DNA of 64,000 bases from an uncultured Candidatus Binatia bacterium (GTDB lineage: Bacteria; Desulfobacterota; Binatia; UBA9968; CAXXLF01), in assembly GCA_965218425.1 (NCBI GenBank), contig OZ244621.1, forward strand, positions 128,001 to 192,000. Reading direction: 5' to 3'. Of this stretch, positions 10,468 to 20,686 are shown in pieces (positions within the stretch are counted from its first letter, which is position 1; the number at the start of each line of letters is the position of its first letter). Below the pieces are notes generated by a model, which saw only the letters and a program-made list of their open reading frames with translations, did not search any database and was not told where the DNA came from. The position numbers were made by a program, and so were the translations under genes.

Positions 10468-10917
10468 CTAGGAGGCCGTTTCCCCTCGGAGGGTCATCTT
10501 GCGGTGTGGAATTCCCGCTTCCGAAAAGGTTCTTCCCACGCAACAAAACCCCATCCTTTCATAAAATCCAATAACAGGAACCTGAGCGTTTAAAAAAATT
10601 GCCTTCACTTCCTTTTTTTTGGCGAGACTCACAGCCCGGCGCAGCAATGCCTTCCCCACCCCCCGGCCACGATAGCTTTTTAGGACCGCCATGCGTCCGA
10701 TCTTTGCTTCTCTCCGTTGAATCACCACCCTGGTAGTGCCAACGGCCCTTTCCCCAATGAAGGCCAGATAGTGAACGGCTCTTCGGTCATCCTCGTCCAA
10801 CTCCATTTCCCTCGGAACACCCTGTTCTTCAACGAATACACGAAGTCGAATGGAAAAGGCCTTTTCGAGCTCCCGTCGCGTGTCGAGTTTCTTCACTCTG
10901 GTGTAGTGGGCTAACAT
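10468..10917 (-). CDS. GNAT acetyltransferase (ElaA/YjcF-like)
   Basis: IRLRVFVEEQ, IGRMAV..YRGRGVG, NAQ..FYE..GF, EAGIPH. Confidence 0.9.
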   Translation of the reverse strand: MLAHYTRVKKLDTRRELEKAFSIRLRVFVEEQGVPREMELDEDDRRAVHYLAFIGERAVGTTRVVIQRREAKIGRMAVLKSYRGRGVGKALLRRAVSLAKKKEVKAIFLNAQVPVIGFYERMGFCCVGRTFSEAGIPHRKMTLRGETAS

Positions 10918-11286
10918 GGCGCGGCCGAGGCGGTGGTTGTAGCTTACAGGGAAACGAGGCTTCCCCAACAGAGGGATTCATCAATCCCGAGACTATTTCG
11001 CCGGCGATAGCGCGAAGGAATTTTTCCACTCTTCGGATGCGCTTTGTTTCCTGCTGTGATCTGTCTCTATGCCGTACTGTTGGGTTAGCTCGTGATACTT
11101 TTCAATGATGGTCTGACCTAATCAGTTAGAATCGCGTTTTAAGGTTTCACAGTCTTTTCTGCTTTCCATATCCATGACAGCTTTTTCAATTTCCTTTGCG
11201 GATCCCACCGCGATGTCTTTGTGACCATTTTCATGATCTACGAGTTTTTTGAAAAACCAACTCAACAAATATCTCGCCGAGCAAGT

Positions 11287-11565
11287 TCAATCCAGTCCAA
11301 TGGAAAACATATCATCCAGGTCGTGACGGGAATAGGCATGAAAGGCGAGCATCGTCTCTGTGCTCAGAATGCCAGCGACCTTTCGCATGTGATTGGTCAC
11401 CGTCTCCGCCAAGCCATCGTTATCTTTGACTCGCATGATAGTCACCAGGTCATATCCGCCACTCACCGAGTAGACCTCCGATACCCCTTTCACCTCCACC
11501 AGTGCGTTGGCAACATCGTTTACCTTATCACGTTCCGCTTTCAACAGAACGATTGGGTTGACCAC
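11287..11565 (-). CDS. Lrp/AsnC ligand-binding domain protein
   Basis: EVYSVSGGYDLV, GILSTET; GTG start after AAAGGAGG. Confidence 0.88.
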   Translation of the reverse strand: MVNPIVLLKAERDKVNDVANALVEVKGVSEVYSVSGGYDLVTIMRVKDNDGLAETVTNHMRKVAGILSTETMLAFHAYSRHDLDDMFSIGLD

Positions 11566-11678
11566 GGCTGAACCTCCTTTGAACCTGGGCTTCATCCACC
11601 ATTGCAGCTATCCCATACCTCCAATGCCCGGCTCATCGTAACGAAACGGCCCGGTGTTCGGTTCCGAATCTATTAATC

Positions 11679-11960
11679 CTAGTCGGTGCGACTTGTGATC
11701 TCGATGAGATGATATCCAAAGTCAGTCTTGATGGGGCCATGGACTTTCCCAAGCTCGCCAACGAAAACAACTTCATCGAATTCTCGAACCATATCGCCGC
11801 GACTGAATTCACCTAAATCTCCGCCTTGTTTACCAGAAGGACACTGGGAATGGCTTTTGGCCAATTGAGCGAAATCGGCTCCCCCCTCTATCTGCGATTT
11901 GAGATCCTCGCACGTCTCATTGGAAGACACCAAAATATGACGGGCCCGCGCCTTTGCCAT
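11679..11960 (-). CDS. ppiC: Parvulin peptidyl-prolyl isomerase
   Basis: ARHILV, SQCPSG..GGDLG, FGYHLI; 93 aa. Confidence 0.92.
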   Translation of the reverse strand: MAKARARHILVSSNETCEDLKSQIEGGADFAQLAKSHSQCPSGKQGGDLGEFSRGDMVREFDEVVFVGELGKVHGPIKTDFGYHLIEITSRTD

Positions 11961-12136
11961 AAAGCTCTCCTTTCCAAACACCAGCACTTATGGATTTGGA
12001 TTCGATTCCGAGATTTTTGGAATACCAAGCAACTGTATTTAATCTCATGGAGGATAGCAAGACTAAATTTTCGAAACAGGGGTGTTCGTCCCGGTTAAAA
12101 ATTGAAAAAATACAACGGCGACTATAGAAGTTTAAA

Positions 12137-12331
12137 ATTCAGCCCCTCGGATTCTTTTCAACCGATCCAAAGAAGCGGGAAGACCAGAAAAAGGCCCAAA
12201 GCAAGGAACTGCTATCGCAGGTCATAGAACGCGCCAAGATGATTCAGACCCACTGGAAGGATGTGCCCAGCATCTCCACAGTCAATAAGACCTCAGCCGA
12301 GGCCGAAACCGCCGAAGAGGAAGTGGCGTAG
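12137..12331 (+). pseudogene. Orphan 3' gene fragment (IQPLGFFSTDPKKREDQKKAQSKELL...EEEVA*)
   Basis: Protein-like open frame preceded by an in-frame stop; family not recognised. Confidence 0.3.
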
Positions 12332-12338
12332 ATCCATC

Positions 12339-12680
12339 TCAGCCGCCCCGGCGGCTCGTCCCGCATTGCCAGCATTCAGTGAATTGAGCCTCTAGTGTCT
12401 CGCCGCATCCACTGCACTGCCAAGTTTCGGTTGTGCCAAGTCCTGACTCCTGGTTCGAATCATTCGTGAGCTTCCCATGAAGTATCTCCCTGGCTAATTC
12501 CATATCTTCGCTGGACACCATGAGTCGGACCCCATGACTCAACTGAAGATGAGGCCTCATACCACCCACATCGTCTTTAGACACGAAGGCCTCGATTCCC
12601 GACGCTTGCAGTTGCGCCCTGGAAATTTCGGCCTCTATTTCGCTATTGAATACTTCTAATACCGTGAAACGATTCGCCAT
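12339..12680 (-). CDS. DUF2007 protein with C-terminal RanBP2-like zinc ribbon
   Basis: EAEI.RA.L.ASGI, GVRLMV; WQCSGCGE..F.ECWQCG. Confidence 0.8.
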   Translation of the reverse strand: MANRFTVLEVFNSEIEAEISRAQLQASGIEAFVSKDDVGGMRPHLQLSHGVRLMVSSEDMELAREILHGKLTNDSNQESGLGTTETWQCSGCGETLEAQFTECWQCGTSRRGG

Positions 12681-12802
12681 AACTCAACCCAAGGCAACGG
12701 CTCCCAATCTGCCATCCGTAGTGTCTCGCTTTTCCTTATTTACCTTTCCGTGGTACCCCAAAAGGCCCGGATAATATCTCATATAATACTTAAGGATATA
12801 GC

Positions 12803-13039
12803 TTATAAATCTAAGTCCCGATGGCGATCATCTCCCGCATTAGATGCCGTCACAATCCTATGGTCCATTTCCTCGAGATAGAGCAACGGAGTGGTTCAGA
12901 ATCGGTTACTCTTTCTACCCAGAGTTGTGAGTAACAGAACCGGCGCCCCAACATTGGCGCCAAGCAATCCTCCCGTGAACCTGTAAAGGGCCAGGTGCAG
13001 TGCGGACATCGCCCAAATTAATGGACGATTGATAACCAA
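12803..13039 (-). pseudogene. F420-dependent nitroreductase (Ddn-like) pseudogene
   Basis: Manual translation HLALYRFTGGLLG..APVLLLTTLGRKSNRF*TTPLLYL..IVTASNAGDDRH; in-frame TGA at 12896-12898 and 3' truncation. Confidence 0.75.
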
Positions 13040-13126
13040 GTCTCTCCAGCCTCCAACCCGCTACCCTCCTGCCATCACTCCGGGTGAATCGAATCTCGCA
13101 AAAAACTCATCCATAGAGGTACTCGT

Positions 13127-14005
13127 CTATATCGACTCATGCCGCTTCTTCCTGGATATACATAGGGCACTTACAACTTCCGCAAGTGCCGGAGGTGGTT
13201 CGCTGCGATCCTTGAACGACTGCAGTCTCTCATAAATATCTGTGGCGGCCATGTGAAAACCCGACGGCAAGCCAGCAGCCGCAAAGGTGGCCGCAATTTC
13301 TTTCATCTCTCCCACATAACGCCATGCCTTCGGGGCTGAAGACTCCGCAGCTTTAACGCTCCTGTCAGATAGCTCAATTTGGGAGAGGGACCATTCTTGC
13401 ACCAGAGCCTCCTCAACCCCTTCCACGGACGCTAGCGCTCGGATTCCCAAAATCAGCGCGTCGCTACACTTGGTCCATGCGGCGTAGGTCATCTTGAGTG
13501 CGGAGGCACTGCCGGGTTGGTTCCCCAGGACCCTGGCGTCAAGCAGGCTGCCCTCAAACATGGCGGCCACTTCTGCGGCTCCGACGCCCGAGAGATAAAG
13601 ACGCGTGGTGCCCGTCCGTCTCACGGGCGGCCCGATGATACCACCATCCACGAATCTTGCCCCACCCTTTGTCACCGTCTCTGATATCTGCATTGCTGTA
13701 ACCGGTGAAACGGCATTGGCGTCCAGGTATACGCCGGTAAAGTTTGCCTTCATCACGGTTCGGGCAACTTCCGGTGCCGCATGGGGCGGGCACACCGCGA
13801 GGATGACATCGCTGGCCCGAACCAAATCGGTTAGGTTTCCGGTATCAGTCAACCCCGCCCTATTCGCCCGATCATGAGTTGCTTTGCTACGTCCCTCGGA
13901 AACCCAAATCACGCTGGCACCACCCGCGGCCGCAGCCGCACCAACGGCAACTCCCATATTACCCGGGTGAATTAATCCGGCAGTTTTTGCATTCACGACG
14001 CACAC
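13127..14005 (-). CDS. NAD(P)-dependent oxidoreductase, 6PGD-like with DUF1932
   Basis: HPGNMG, DANAVSP, VDGGIIGPP, ASALKM, KAWRYVGEM. Confidence 0.88.
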   Translation of the reverse strand: MCVVNAKTAGLIHPGNMGVAVGAAAAAGGASVIWVSEGRSKATHDRANRAGLTDTGNLTDLVRASDVILAVCPPHAAPEVARTVMKANFTGVYLDANAVSPVTAMQISETVTKGGARFVDGGIIGPPVRRTGTTRLYLSGVGAAEVAAMFEGSLLDARVLGNQPGSASALKMTYAAWTKCSDALILGIRALASVEGVEEALVQEWSLSQIELSDRSVKAAESSAPKAWRYVGEMKEIAATFAAAGLPSGFHMAATDIYERLQSFKDRSEPPPALAEVVSALCISRKKRHESI

Positions 14006-14256
14006 CTCCTCAGGGTAAATGGGAACCCATACATCCTAGCGGGAACCGGACATTCCCCTCGGTTCTGTTCCGAAACACCTACACGATCGAGAGGATAGTA
14101 TAAAGGGCAAAAACCAATAAAAGCGCTTTGTAGCAAGGTGACTCCCAACAAGCCGGGTACCAGTAATCAAAGAGGATCGATATAATATGACAGTAGAGCA
14201 GCAGCAGTTAGTACGGTACCGGCAATACCATCGTACAGGCGTATTTTCATCTTCAT
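13993..14256 (-). pseudogene. DUF2892 (YgaP-like) membrane protein with internal stop
   Basis: MKMKIRLYDGIAG..YIDPL*LLVPGLLG..LQSAFIGFCPLYY; TGA at 14167-14169 where Trp is expected; RBS GAGGAGG. Confidence 0.7.
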
Positions 14257-14407
14257 GGCGCCTCCTCTGATTTCAAGCACTAAAGATCGTCTCATTCGGT
14301 AAGATCATAAATGCCGCTAAAGCCAATGACCCCGGCAAGGGCATTCGGAGCCATTCCATGATGGGACAAGTAGCTTTCATCCAGGGCGATCAAAGAGGCC
14401 AAGTGGC

Positions 14408-14578
14408 CGCCGGCAATCGTCCACATTCAAGTTAGTCACCGGCATCAGCACCGGGGCTTTGATTGCTCCCTTCGCTTTCCCGGGACCCAACTACGATAAA
14501 CAGTTGACCAGCGTATACACGAAGTTCAGCCAAGGACGTTTTTGAAAAAAGAAGCGTGCTCGCGGCATACTACAACAA
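14408..14578 (+). pseudogene. Patatin-like phospholipase internal fragment
   Basis: FKLVTGISTGALIAPFAFPGPNYDKQL (GxSxG), frameshifted on both sides. Confidence 0.7.
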
Positions 14579-14580
14579 GG

Positions 14581-15873
14581 TCAACCCTTTTCGGAAAGAA
14601 CGGAATTAACGGCCGAGGCCGCCTCAAATAGACGGTGGTCCTGATTACGGTGACCTATGAGCTGGGTCCCCACCGGCAGACCCGAAGGTCCCGTAAAAAC
14701 GGGCAAGGTAACACAGGGGGTATGGGTCCACGTGGAGAGGATGTTGAACGCAGTATCACCCGTACTTGTCAGTCCTTTCGGAGCCTCGCCGACGGCACTG
14801 GGTGTAAGCAGCAAATCAAAATCCTTCATGGTTTGATCGAGGTTCCGCCTGCATTCCACTATTACGGCGTGGGCCTCTCGGTATTGTTCGTAGGAGACAT
14901 TCAGCATGGCTCCTTGCTTGTTCTTCTGAAACTCGCTCAACAGTTTCCAGTGATGGTTCCGCTCCCAGGAAAGGGCACGGGAGGACTCATAGTCGTTGAT
15001 GCGGCGCCCCATGGGCTCGAAATCCGCAAAGGGGCCAGCAAGCCCGATTTCAGAGACTCTGGCACCCGCCTTGGCAAGCTGCTGCGCAGCAGATTGCACT
15101 AGGGTTTTGGTGTAGTCCTGCGCTCGGTCCCAGTTCATGGTCCGGCACAGACCGATCCTGAGTTCCCTCGCTCGAACAGGAGCCAGAGATTGGGGGGCAA
15201 AGCCCGTCACCGCGGCGCGAAAGATTGGAAGGTCCTCCACAACGCGACCGAACAGCCCGATGGTGTCAAAGGAACCGGTATTCTCCTTCACGCCCATGGT
15301 GCTCACCTCACCGTAGCTTGGTTTGTATCCGACGCAGCCACAGAACGCTGCAGGGCGTATGATCGACCCCACCGTCTGGGTACCAAAGGCCATGGGAACC
15401 ATGAAATCGGCCACGGCAGCGGCGGACCCGCTGGAGGAACCACCAGGGGTGTGTTTCGGGTTGTGTGGGTTTGTGGTTTTTCCCCAAGGATGCCGACTCG
15501 CAAACTCCGTGGTGACCGTTTTTCCTAACAGAACCCCTCCCGCAGCGCGGGCTAGTGCAACGCAGACCGCGTCCGCAGTAGTGCGATTGCCTTTATAGAT
15601 GGGAGAACCGTACTCGGTGGGCATATCAGCCGTATCCATAATGTCCTTGGCAGCGAAGGGGATGCCATGTATAGGACCACGGTTTGCAGCACGGTCGCAC
15701 TTTCGGGCTTCGGCCAGGGCGTAATCCCGGTCGAGGTGAACCCACGCCTTAACCTGGGATTCGCGTGATTCGATCCGTTCGAGACAGGAACGAACCAAAG
15801 CTTCGGAGGTAAGGTTTCCTTCGCGAATGCGTGTTATCGCTTCGCTGGCTGACAGTTTGAATAAGTCCGCCAT
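14581..15873 (-). CDS. Amidase signature family
   Basis: KD, GKTVTTEF, TPGGSSSGSAAAVA, GTQTVGSIIRPAAFCG. Confidence 0.93.
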   Translation of the reverse strand: MADLFKLSASEAITRIREGNLTSEALVRSCLERIESRESQVKAWVHLDRDYALAEARKCDRAANRGPIHGIPFAAKDIMDTADMPTEYGSPIYKGNRTTADAVCVALARAAGGVLLGKTVTTEFASRHPWGKTTNPHNPKHTPGGSSSGSAAAVADFMVPMAFGTQTVGSIIRPAAFCGCVGYKPSYGEVSTMGVKENTGSFDTIGLFGRVVEDLPIFRAAVTGFAPQSLAPVRARELRIGLCRTMNWDRAQDYTKTLVQSAAQQLAKAGARVSEIGLAGPFADFEPMGRRINDYESSRALSWERNHHWKLLSEFQKNKQGAMLNVSYEQYREAHAVIVECRRNLDQTMKDFDLLLTPSAVGEAPKGLTSTGDTAFNILSTWTHTPCVTLPVFTGPSGLPVGTQLIGHRNQDHRLFEAASAVNSVLSEKG

Positions 15874-15951
15874 AGGATTCTCGTTCCTGACCAGGGTCAG
15901 ACGTTACACCAGATGCCTTGCCTGGGACTCCGGCTCTTTCGGTTCTAAGAC

Positions 15952-17520
15952 TCAATTCGCCTTAATCTGGTACTTCCCTTCTCCATCCTGAGTGATCTTT
16001 TCTCTATCGTTCAAGACACCAATGGCCCTGGCGATCCTGTCGTATCCCTCACCGGAAAAGAGGTCGAGAAGCTCCGCAAAAAACCTGTGACCCTGAGCCA
16101 GGGCTTTATGAATCTTTTCTGAAAGTGCCTCCACGTCCCCTTCCCCACCCTTCTGCTTCGATGCCCGCTGGGTGCCCTTTTTCCCATTCACATAGTCCTC
16201 AAGTCGCACCTTTCCCTCGTTGAAATAGACGATGCGCTGGTAGCGCTCCCTCGGGACGTTTTCGGGAATCGTGGCATCGACCCCCATCTTGGCCGTAGTC
16301 GGAACACCCTTGACGGGTGGAAGGGAGGGATCCAAGGGCTTGGACCGGGCATTTGTTATAATCATCACATCTCGGTCCGCCTGCACGCGGGTCGCAATGG
16401 CCCACTCCACCTCCACCGGGTCGAAGATGTCAATGTCCTCATCGGTCACCACCACATGCTTGATATCGGCGATGGACAGTAGTGCTGCGATGGCGTTCTT
16501 TCCGTCCCCCGGCACTTTTCTGATGGCGGCAATGATATGCCAATGACAACAACCTCCAGGAGTCACATAGATGGCCGTTGCTTTGACACCTGCTTCCCCC
16601 AGAACGCGCCAGGCGGCTGCCTCATAAATGGGCGCACTCATCCAGATGTTCTCCCACGGCATGTGAAGCGCGTAGTAAATAGGATCGCGCCGATGGAGCA
16701 CTGCATTGATCTTGACTCTAGGGTTGTGATGGATTCCTCCCATGAGACGAGTAAACTCTCCGAAGGGTCCCTCCGGTTGAGTCCACCCTTCGGGGATGAT
16801 CTCTCCTTCCAGTACGATTTCAGCCTCTGCAATGCATGGAACAGGAATCGTAACTCCGGAGGTTAGTTCCAGAGGCTCGCCGCGAAGACCGCCGGCGTAG
16901 GTCAGCTCATCTGTGCCGAGGGACGCTTTGAAGGTTGCCGCCACCATCTCAAAAGGATGAGTTCCAATGGAAATAGAGATGGGAAGGGGGCGTTTGGTTG
17001 AGAGGGCACGCTCGGCAAACCTCCTCAGGTTATTGGGTGTCACGATATCGATGCTGGAGATGTTTCTTCCTTTGAGCATCAGACGGTACATGCCGGCATT
17101 CATCCCATACTCCGGGTCCCCGGCAATTACCACCGCTCCAGAAATTGTGGGCCCACCATCCAGAGTCGAAAAGATGGGTACAGGGAGTTGAAAGAGGTCC
17201 ACCTCGGTCTTTTGCACCACTACCTCTTTCACCGGACCGTCATGGACCGGTTTAGGTTTGATGGGCCGTTCCATGGCCTGTTGAAGCTTTTCCTGAATCT
17301 TTTCATAGGGAACCCCCATGGCAAGCGCGAGACGGTTCCTCGACTGGAGGAGGCCGGACACCACCGGCAACGAGTACCCTACAGGATTGCTAAAGATCAG
17401 CGCCTTGTCTGACTGCGGGACCAGGGCTGCAACATTTCTTAGATCAATGGGCTTGGAAATTTCGAGCAGCTCATCGTTCTCACGCAGTACCTGCAAATAG
17501 TCTCTAAAGCTGACACCCAT
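15952..17520 (-). CDS. UbiD-family (prFMN) decarboxylase with C-terminal extension
   Basis: NAGMYR, EGPFGEF, DEDIDI, WAIATR, LDPS, KMGVDAT. Confidence 0.92.
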   Translation of the reverse strand: MGVSFRDYLQVLRENDELLEISKPIDLRNVAALVPQSDKALIFSNPVGYSLPVVSGLLQSRNRLALAMGVPYEKIQEKLQQAMERPIKPKPVHDGPVKEVVVQKTEVDLFQLPVPIFSTLDGGPTISGAVVIAGDPEYGMNAGMYRLMLKGRNISSIDIVTPNNLRRFAERALSTKRPLPISISIGTHPFEMVAATFKASLGTDELTYAGGLRGEPLELTSGVTIPVPCIAEAEIVLEGEIIPEGWTQPEGPFGEFTRLMGGIHHNPRVKINAVLHRRDPIYYALHMPWENIWMSAPIYEAAAWRVLGEAGVKATAIYVTPGGCCHWHIIAAIRKVPGDGKNAIAALLSIADIKHVVVTDEDIDIFDPVEVEWAIATRVQADRDVMIITNARSKPLDPSLPPVKGVPTTAKMGVDATIPENVPRERYQRIVYFNEGKVRLEDYVNGKKGTQRASKQKGGEGDVEALSEKIHKALAQGHRFFAELLDLFSGEGYDRIARAIGVLNDREKITQDGEGKYQIKAN

Positions 17521-17707
17521 AATTGCTGATTCCTCTCACCACTACATTCCACTACAGGGGCATGCCTGGATTATCCCGTTGATATCTCGACCCGGGCAGC
17601 ATAGAAGCAGGGACGCAAAACCCTGGGCAGAGCTTCTATCAGGTGGGTTTGAGACAGTCAAGCTGAGCGTAGTTGTTAGTTGTCAACCTTCTGCTATTTG
17701 TAAATCG

Positions 17708-17955
17708 GCAATGAGCACTGAGCGATGACGATTGAGCTAGGCGGCAAAGCGCAAGGAGCATAGCAAAAAGCGTTAGGAGCTATCAGCTTTCAGCCAGGAA
17801 GCGTTGAGTGTTAACTCTCCAGTGCTACGATTCTATTTTCATCGAGTGTTCGAGCTACTTCTTTCTCCCGCTCAACACTTTACACTTAACGCTTTCTTCC
17901 TTGGACTCAACCCCCTCCCCGCTCAGTCCTCAGCATTCATCACTCATTGCTCTGT
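17708..17955. repeat. Degenerate 7-nt-period repeat tract
   Basis: gcaaagc gcaagga gcatagc aaaaagc gttagga gctatca gctttca; ctcagtc ctcagca ttcatca ctcattg. Confidence 0.7.
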
Positions 17956-18176
17956 TCAGTGCACGCCCCCTGCGCCCGTTACTCACGTTGCAATGATCAG
18001 TTAATCACTGCTCTATTGCTCGCGGCCGTAGGATCGCTCCCAGAGGAGCAAAGGTTCAAAGAGACCCCTCGCACTGCATTTCATGAAGGAGAGTCTCCAG
18101 TGACTTGACGCCCTTTATGTGACGATTTATGATCCCGCTTACTCCAACAACACCGGGGAAAAAGGAGAACACATTC

Positions 18177-18971
18177 ATGCTCGAACACTACCAGGGCGAC
18201 GGATCGGTCTGCGCACGAAAAGTTCGGCTCACGCTTGCGGAAAAGGGCATCACGGACTGGGTGGGTCACATGCTAGACCTCGGCAGGGGCGATCAAAACA
18301 AGCCAGAGTATCTTAAGCTAAATCCAAAGGGCGTGGTGCCCACCTTGGTTCATGACGGTCACATTATCACCGAATCCACCGTTATCTGCGAATATTTGGA
18401 AGACGCTTTTCCCGAGCCTCACCTGCGCCCGGCGGACCCGGTGGGGGCCGCCATGATGAGAAAATGGGCCAAGATCCCCGACGAAGAAATCCACCCTGCG
18501 TGCGCTGCCATATCGTCTGCAGGCCTCCTGGGCCGCGGCCGACGCAAGAACCTCCAGCAATTTCTTTCACGGCTTAAAGACGCACCAGACAAGGCCCGGG
18601 CCGAACGGGGCCGCGGGTGCACTCTCGAACGCTGGCAATACCCTGAGGTCAGGGCAGCTGTCCTCGTCCACGAGAAGCTTTTAGAGAATATGGAAAAAGA
18701 ACTGGCAGCAAACGGCCCCTGGCTGGTGGGCGAGATGTATACCATCGCGGACATCGGCCTCACACCCTATGTCTACCGTCTCATGGAAATGGGATTGACG
18801 GGCATGTGGGCTCAGCGCCCCCACGTTGCGCACTGGCTCAAGCGAGTGATGGCGCGACCTAGCTTCGAATCCGCCATCACCAAATACCCCGGCCGTTACA
18901 TGAGCGACGCGGACAAAGAAGAAGACAGGCGTGACTGGGCCGCCGTGCAAAACATCATTGCCGCCGCTTAG
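18177..18971 (+). CDS. Glutathione S-transferase family
   Basis: SVCARKVR, LNPKGVVPTL, TESTVICEYL, TIADI; RBS AAGGAG. Confidence 0.92.
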   Translation: MLEHYQGDGSVCARKVRLTLAEKGITDWVGHMLDLGRGDQNKPEYLKLNPKGVVPTLVHDGHIITESTVICEYLEDAFPEPHLRPADPVGAAMMRKWAKIPDEEIHPACAAISSAGLLGRGRRKNLQQFLSRLKDAPDKARAERGRGCTLERWQYPEVRAAVLVHEKLLENMEKELAANGPWLVGEMYTIADIGLTPYVYRLMEMGLTGMWAQRPHVAHWLKRVMARPSFESAITKYPGRYMSDADKEEDRRDWAAVQNIIAAA

Positions 18972-19012
18972 CCCCACCGCCTAATCGTAATCATCGCCTG
19001 TTAACGTAAACC

Positions 19013-19168
19013 ATGGATTTGATCAGAATACTAGTCGCGATTTTACTTCCACCCCGGGGCGTTTTTCCTCAAGTGGGCCTGGGCGGACAGTTCTGGCTAA
19101 ACATTTTATTGACCTTGCTGGGTTGTATTCCCGGAATTGTTCATGCAGTTTGGATTATTGCCAGGTGA
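19013..19168 (+). CDS. YqaE/Pmp3 small membrane protein, possibly decaying
   Basis: MDLIRILVAILLPPRGVFPQVGLGGQFWLNILLTLLGCIPGIVHAVWIIAR; absent from the ORF track; unusual R/P in the first helix. Confidence 0.8.
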   Translation: MDLIRILVAILLPPRGVFPQVGLGGQFWLNILLTLLGCIPGIVHAVWIIAR

Positions 19169-19200
19169 TGAAAATCAGAGAATGATCGCGGTCTGCCGGC

Positions 19201-19452
19201 ATGAGAAAAACAATCGGATCCAATCTTAAAATTTGTTTGGGCTTCAGTCTGTGTCTGCTCCTATTCGGGAACATAAGCTGCGGCGAAGAGGCCGAGAAAT
19301 TGTTTGAAATCGCCGAGATGGAGGAACAGCGAAACAACGATAGCGATGCCCGGAAGTTGTATAGGAGGATCATTGAAATAGACCCAAAGGGTTACTTTGC
19401 GACAAAAGCGAGAGAACAATTGGCAAAACTGGATAAGAAAGGGACCCCATAG
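19201..19452 (+). CDS. Small TPR-like lipoprotein
   Basis: Signal peptide with lipobox-like ISC; A.KLF..A..E..N...ARKLY..I. Confidence 0.65.
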   Translation: MRKTIGSNLKICLGFSLCLLLFGNISCGEEAEKLFEIAEMEEQRNNDSDARKLYRRIIEIDPKGYFATKAREQLAKLDKKGTP

Positions 19453-19487
19453 AATACCTTTGCGACCCAGCCCTTCGCCCCCATCAC

Positions 19488-20597
19488 CTAAGGGCGCAAA
19501 GCACGATAGAGAAAGGGTAGACTACGATCCATGCGGTAGTCGATGCCGGAGTGGGTATCGTCGAACTCCTCGTAAGTATGTTCGATGCGCTGTTCGCGCA
19601 GCCGCTTGGACAGGATGCGTGATCCGTACTGGATATGGTACTGGTCGCGCCAACCGCAATCGATGTAGATACCCTTCAGCGACTTGAGGTTATGTCGATA
19701 ACGCTTGACCAGGTTAATGGGGTCATGCCGTAGCCATTGCCGCCAGCGGTTTTCCAGTAGCTCACCAGTTTCGAGGTTGAAGGGAAGACGGAAACCGTTG
19801 GGTGCCTTCGGATCGGGGTCGTAGGTGGCGGCCATGCACAAACTCATTAGGCAATGCACCTCTGCACCCGAGAGTTTGTCTTTTTTCCAGATCTTCTTCA
19901 GAAAATTTTTCACCCTGCCGTCATCCAGCCCCCCATTAACCCTTCGTTCCTCCGCCAACACATTGATTGGTCCTGGCCTACGCTTACGCACCCGGTGCCT
20001 GGCCAGTTCGTTCAATGTATTCGGCCAATCACTTCGGTAGATCACATCAAAATAGGTATCCCCCGAATGATCGGCCACGGCGCCCCAGTACCGCGGGTAT
20101 TTCATCCCATGAACAATAGCACCGTAGCCGCCGGAAGATTTGCCGAAGCAACCGCGGTGCCCCCGTGATGCCAGAGTTCGAAACTCACCATCCACGAATA
20201 GAATCAGCTCCCGAGTCAGGTAGTCTGCATACCTGCCGACGGCCGAGGAATTCACGTATTGATTGCCACCCAGAGCAGTAAAGCAATCCGGAAAGACAAG
20301 AATACACGGCCCCATCTTGTCTTCATGAATGAGCCGTGCAGCCCGCTCCGGCACATTCTCATCAAAGCTTCGCCAGTTGGTGTGGGATCTCCCGGAACCT
20401 GTGTAGCCCACCAGATCGAACAGTACCGGGAACCGTTTACCGCGCCCTCCAATTGCGCCTTGGTTGTATTGGGGGGGCAACCAAACGTCGAGTCTTCTCG
20501 AACGGGGATCTCCAAGGGGATTATCCGAGAGGACACCGGACACGTGTTCCAGAGTCACAACGGATCCCGTTGACCACTTCGGTCTCTTCAGTGCCAT
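19488..20597 (-). CDS. Fes-like esterase / alpha-beta hydrolase
   Basis: NPLGDP, GGNQY.NS, GKSSGGYG, DCG..DQY, H. Confidence 0.88.
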   Translation of the reverse strand: MALKRPKWSTGSVVTLEHVSGVLSDNPLGDPRSRRLDVWLPPQYNQGAIGGRGKRFPVLFDLVGYTGSGRSHTNWRSFDENVPERAARLIHEDKMGPCILVFPDCFTALGGNQYVNSSAVGRYADYLTRELILFVDGEFRTLASRGHRGCFGKSSGGYGAIVHGMKYPRYWGAVADHSGDTYFDVIYRSDWPNTLNELARHRVRKRRPGPINVLAEERRVNGGLDDGRVKNFLKKIWKKDKLSGAEVHCLMSLCMAATYDPDPKAPNGFRLPFNLETGELLENRWRQWLRHDPINLVKRYRHNLKSLKGIYIDCGWRDQYHIQYGSRILSKRLREQRIEHTYEEFDDTHSGIDYRMDRSLPFLYRALRP

Positions 20598-20686
20598 TGG
20601 TTTATCTTGGCTAAAAGACAATCTGGAGTCAGATTGCTTTCTCTTTATAGTCTATATAGAGTTGTCAGTCGACGATCCAACTGGGA

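Noticed and set aside
10980..11280. Possible gene remnant between the GNAT and Lrp genes
   Set aside because: Short broken frames with no recognisable motif
12896..14169. In-frame TGA codons as recoding (Trp, Gly or Sec)
   Set aside because: The two TGAs replace different expected residues, the Ddn gene is also truncated, and many intact genes here end in TGA
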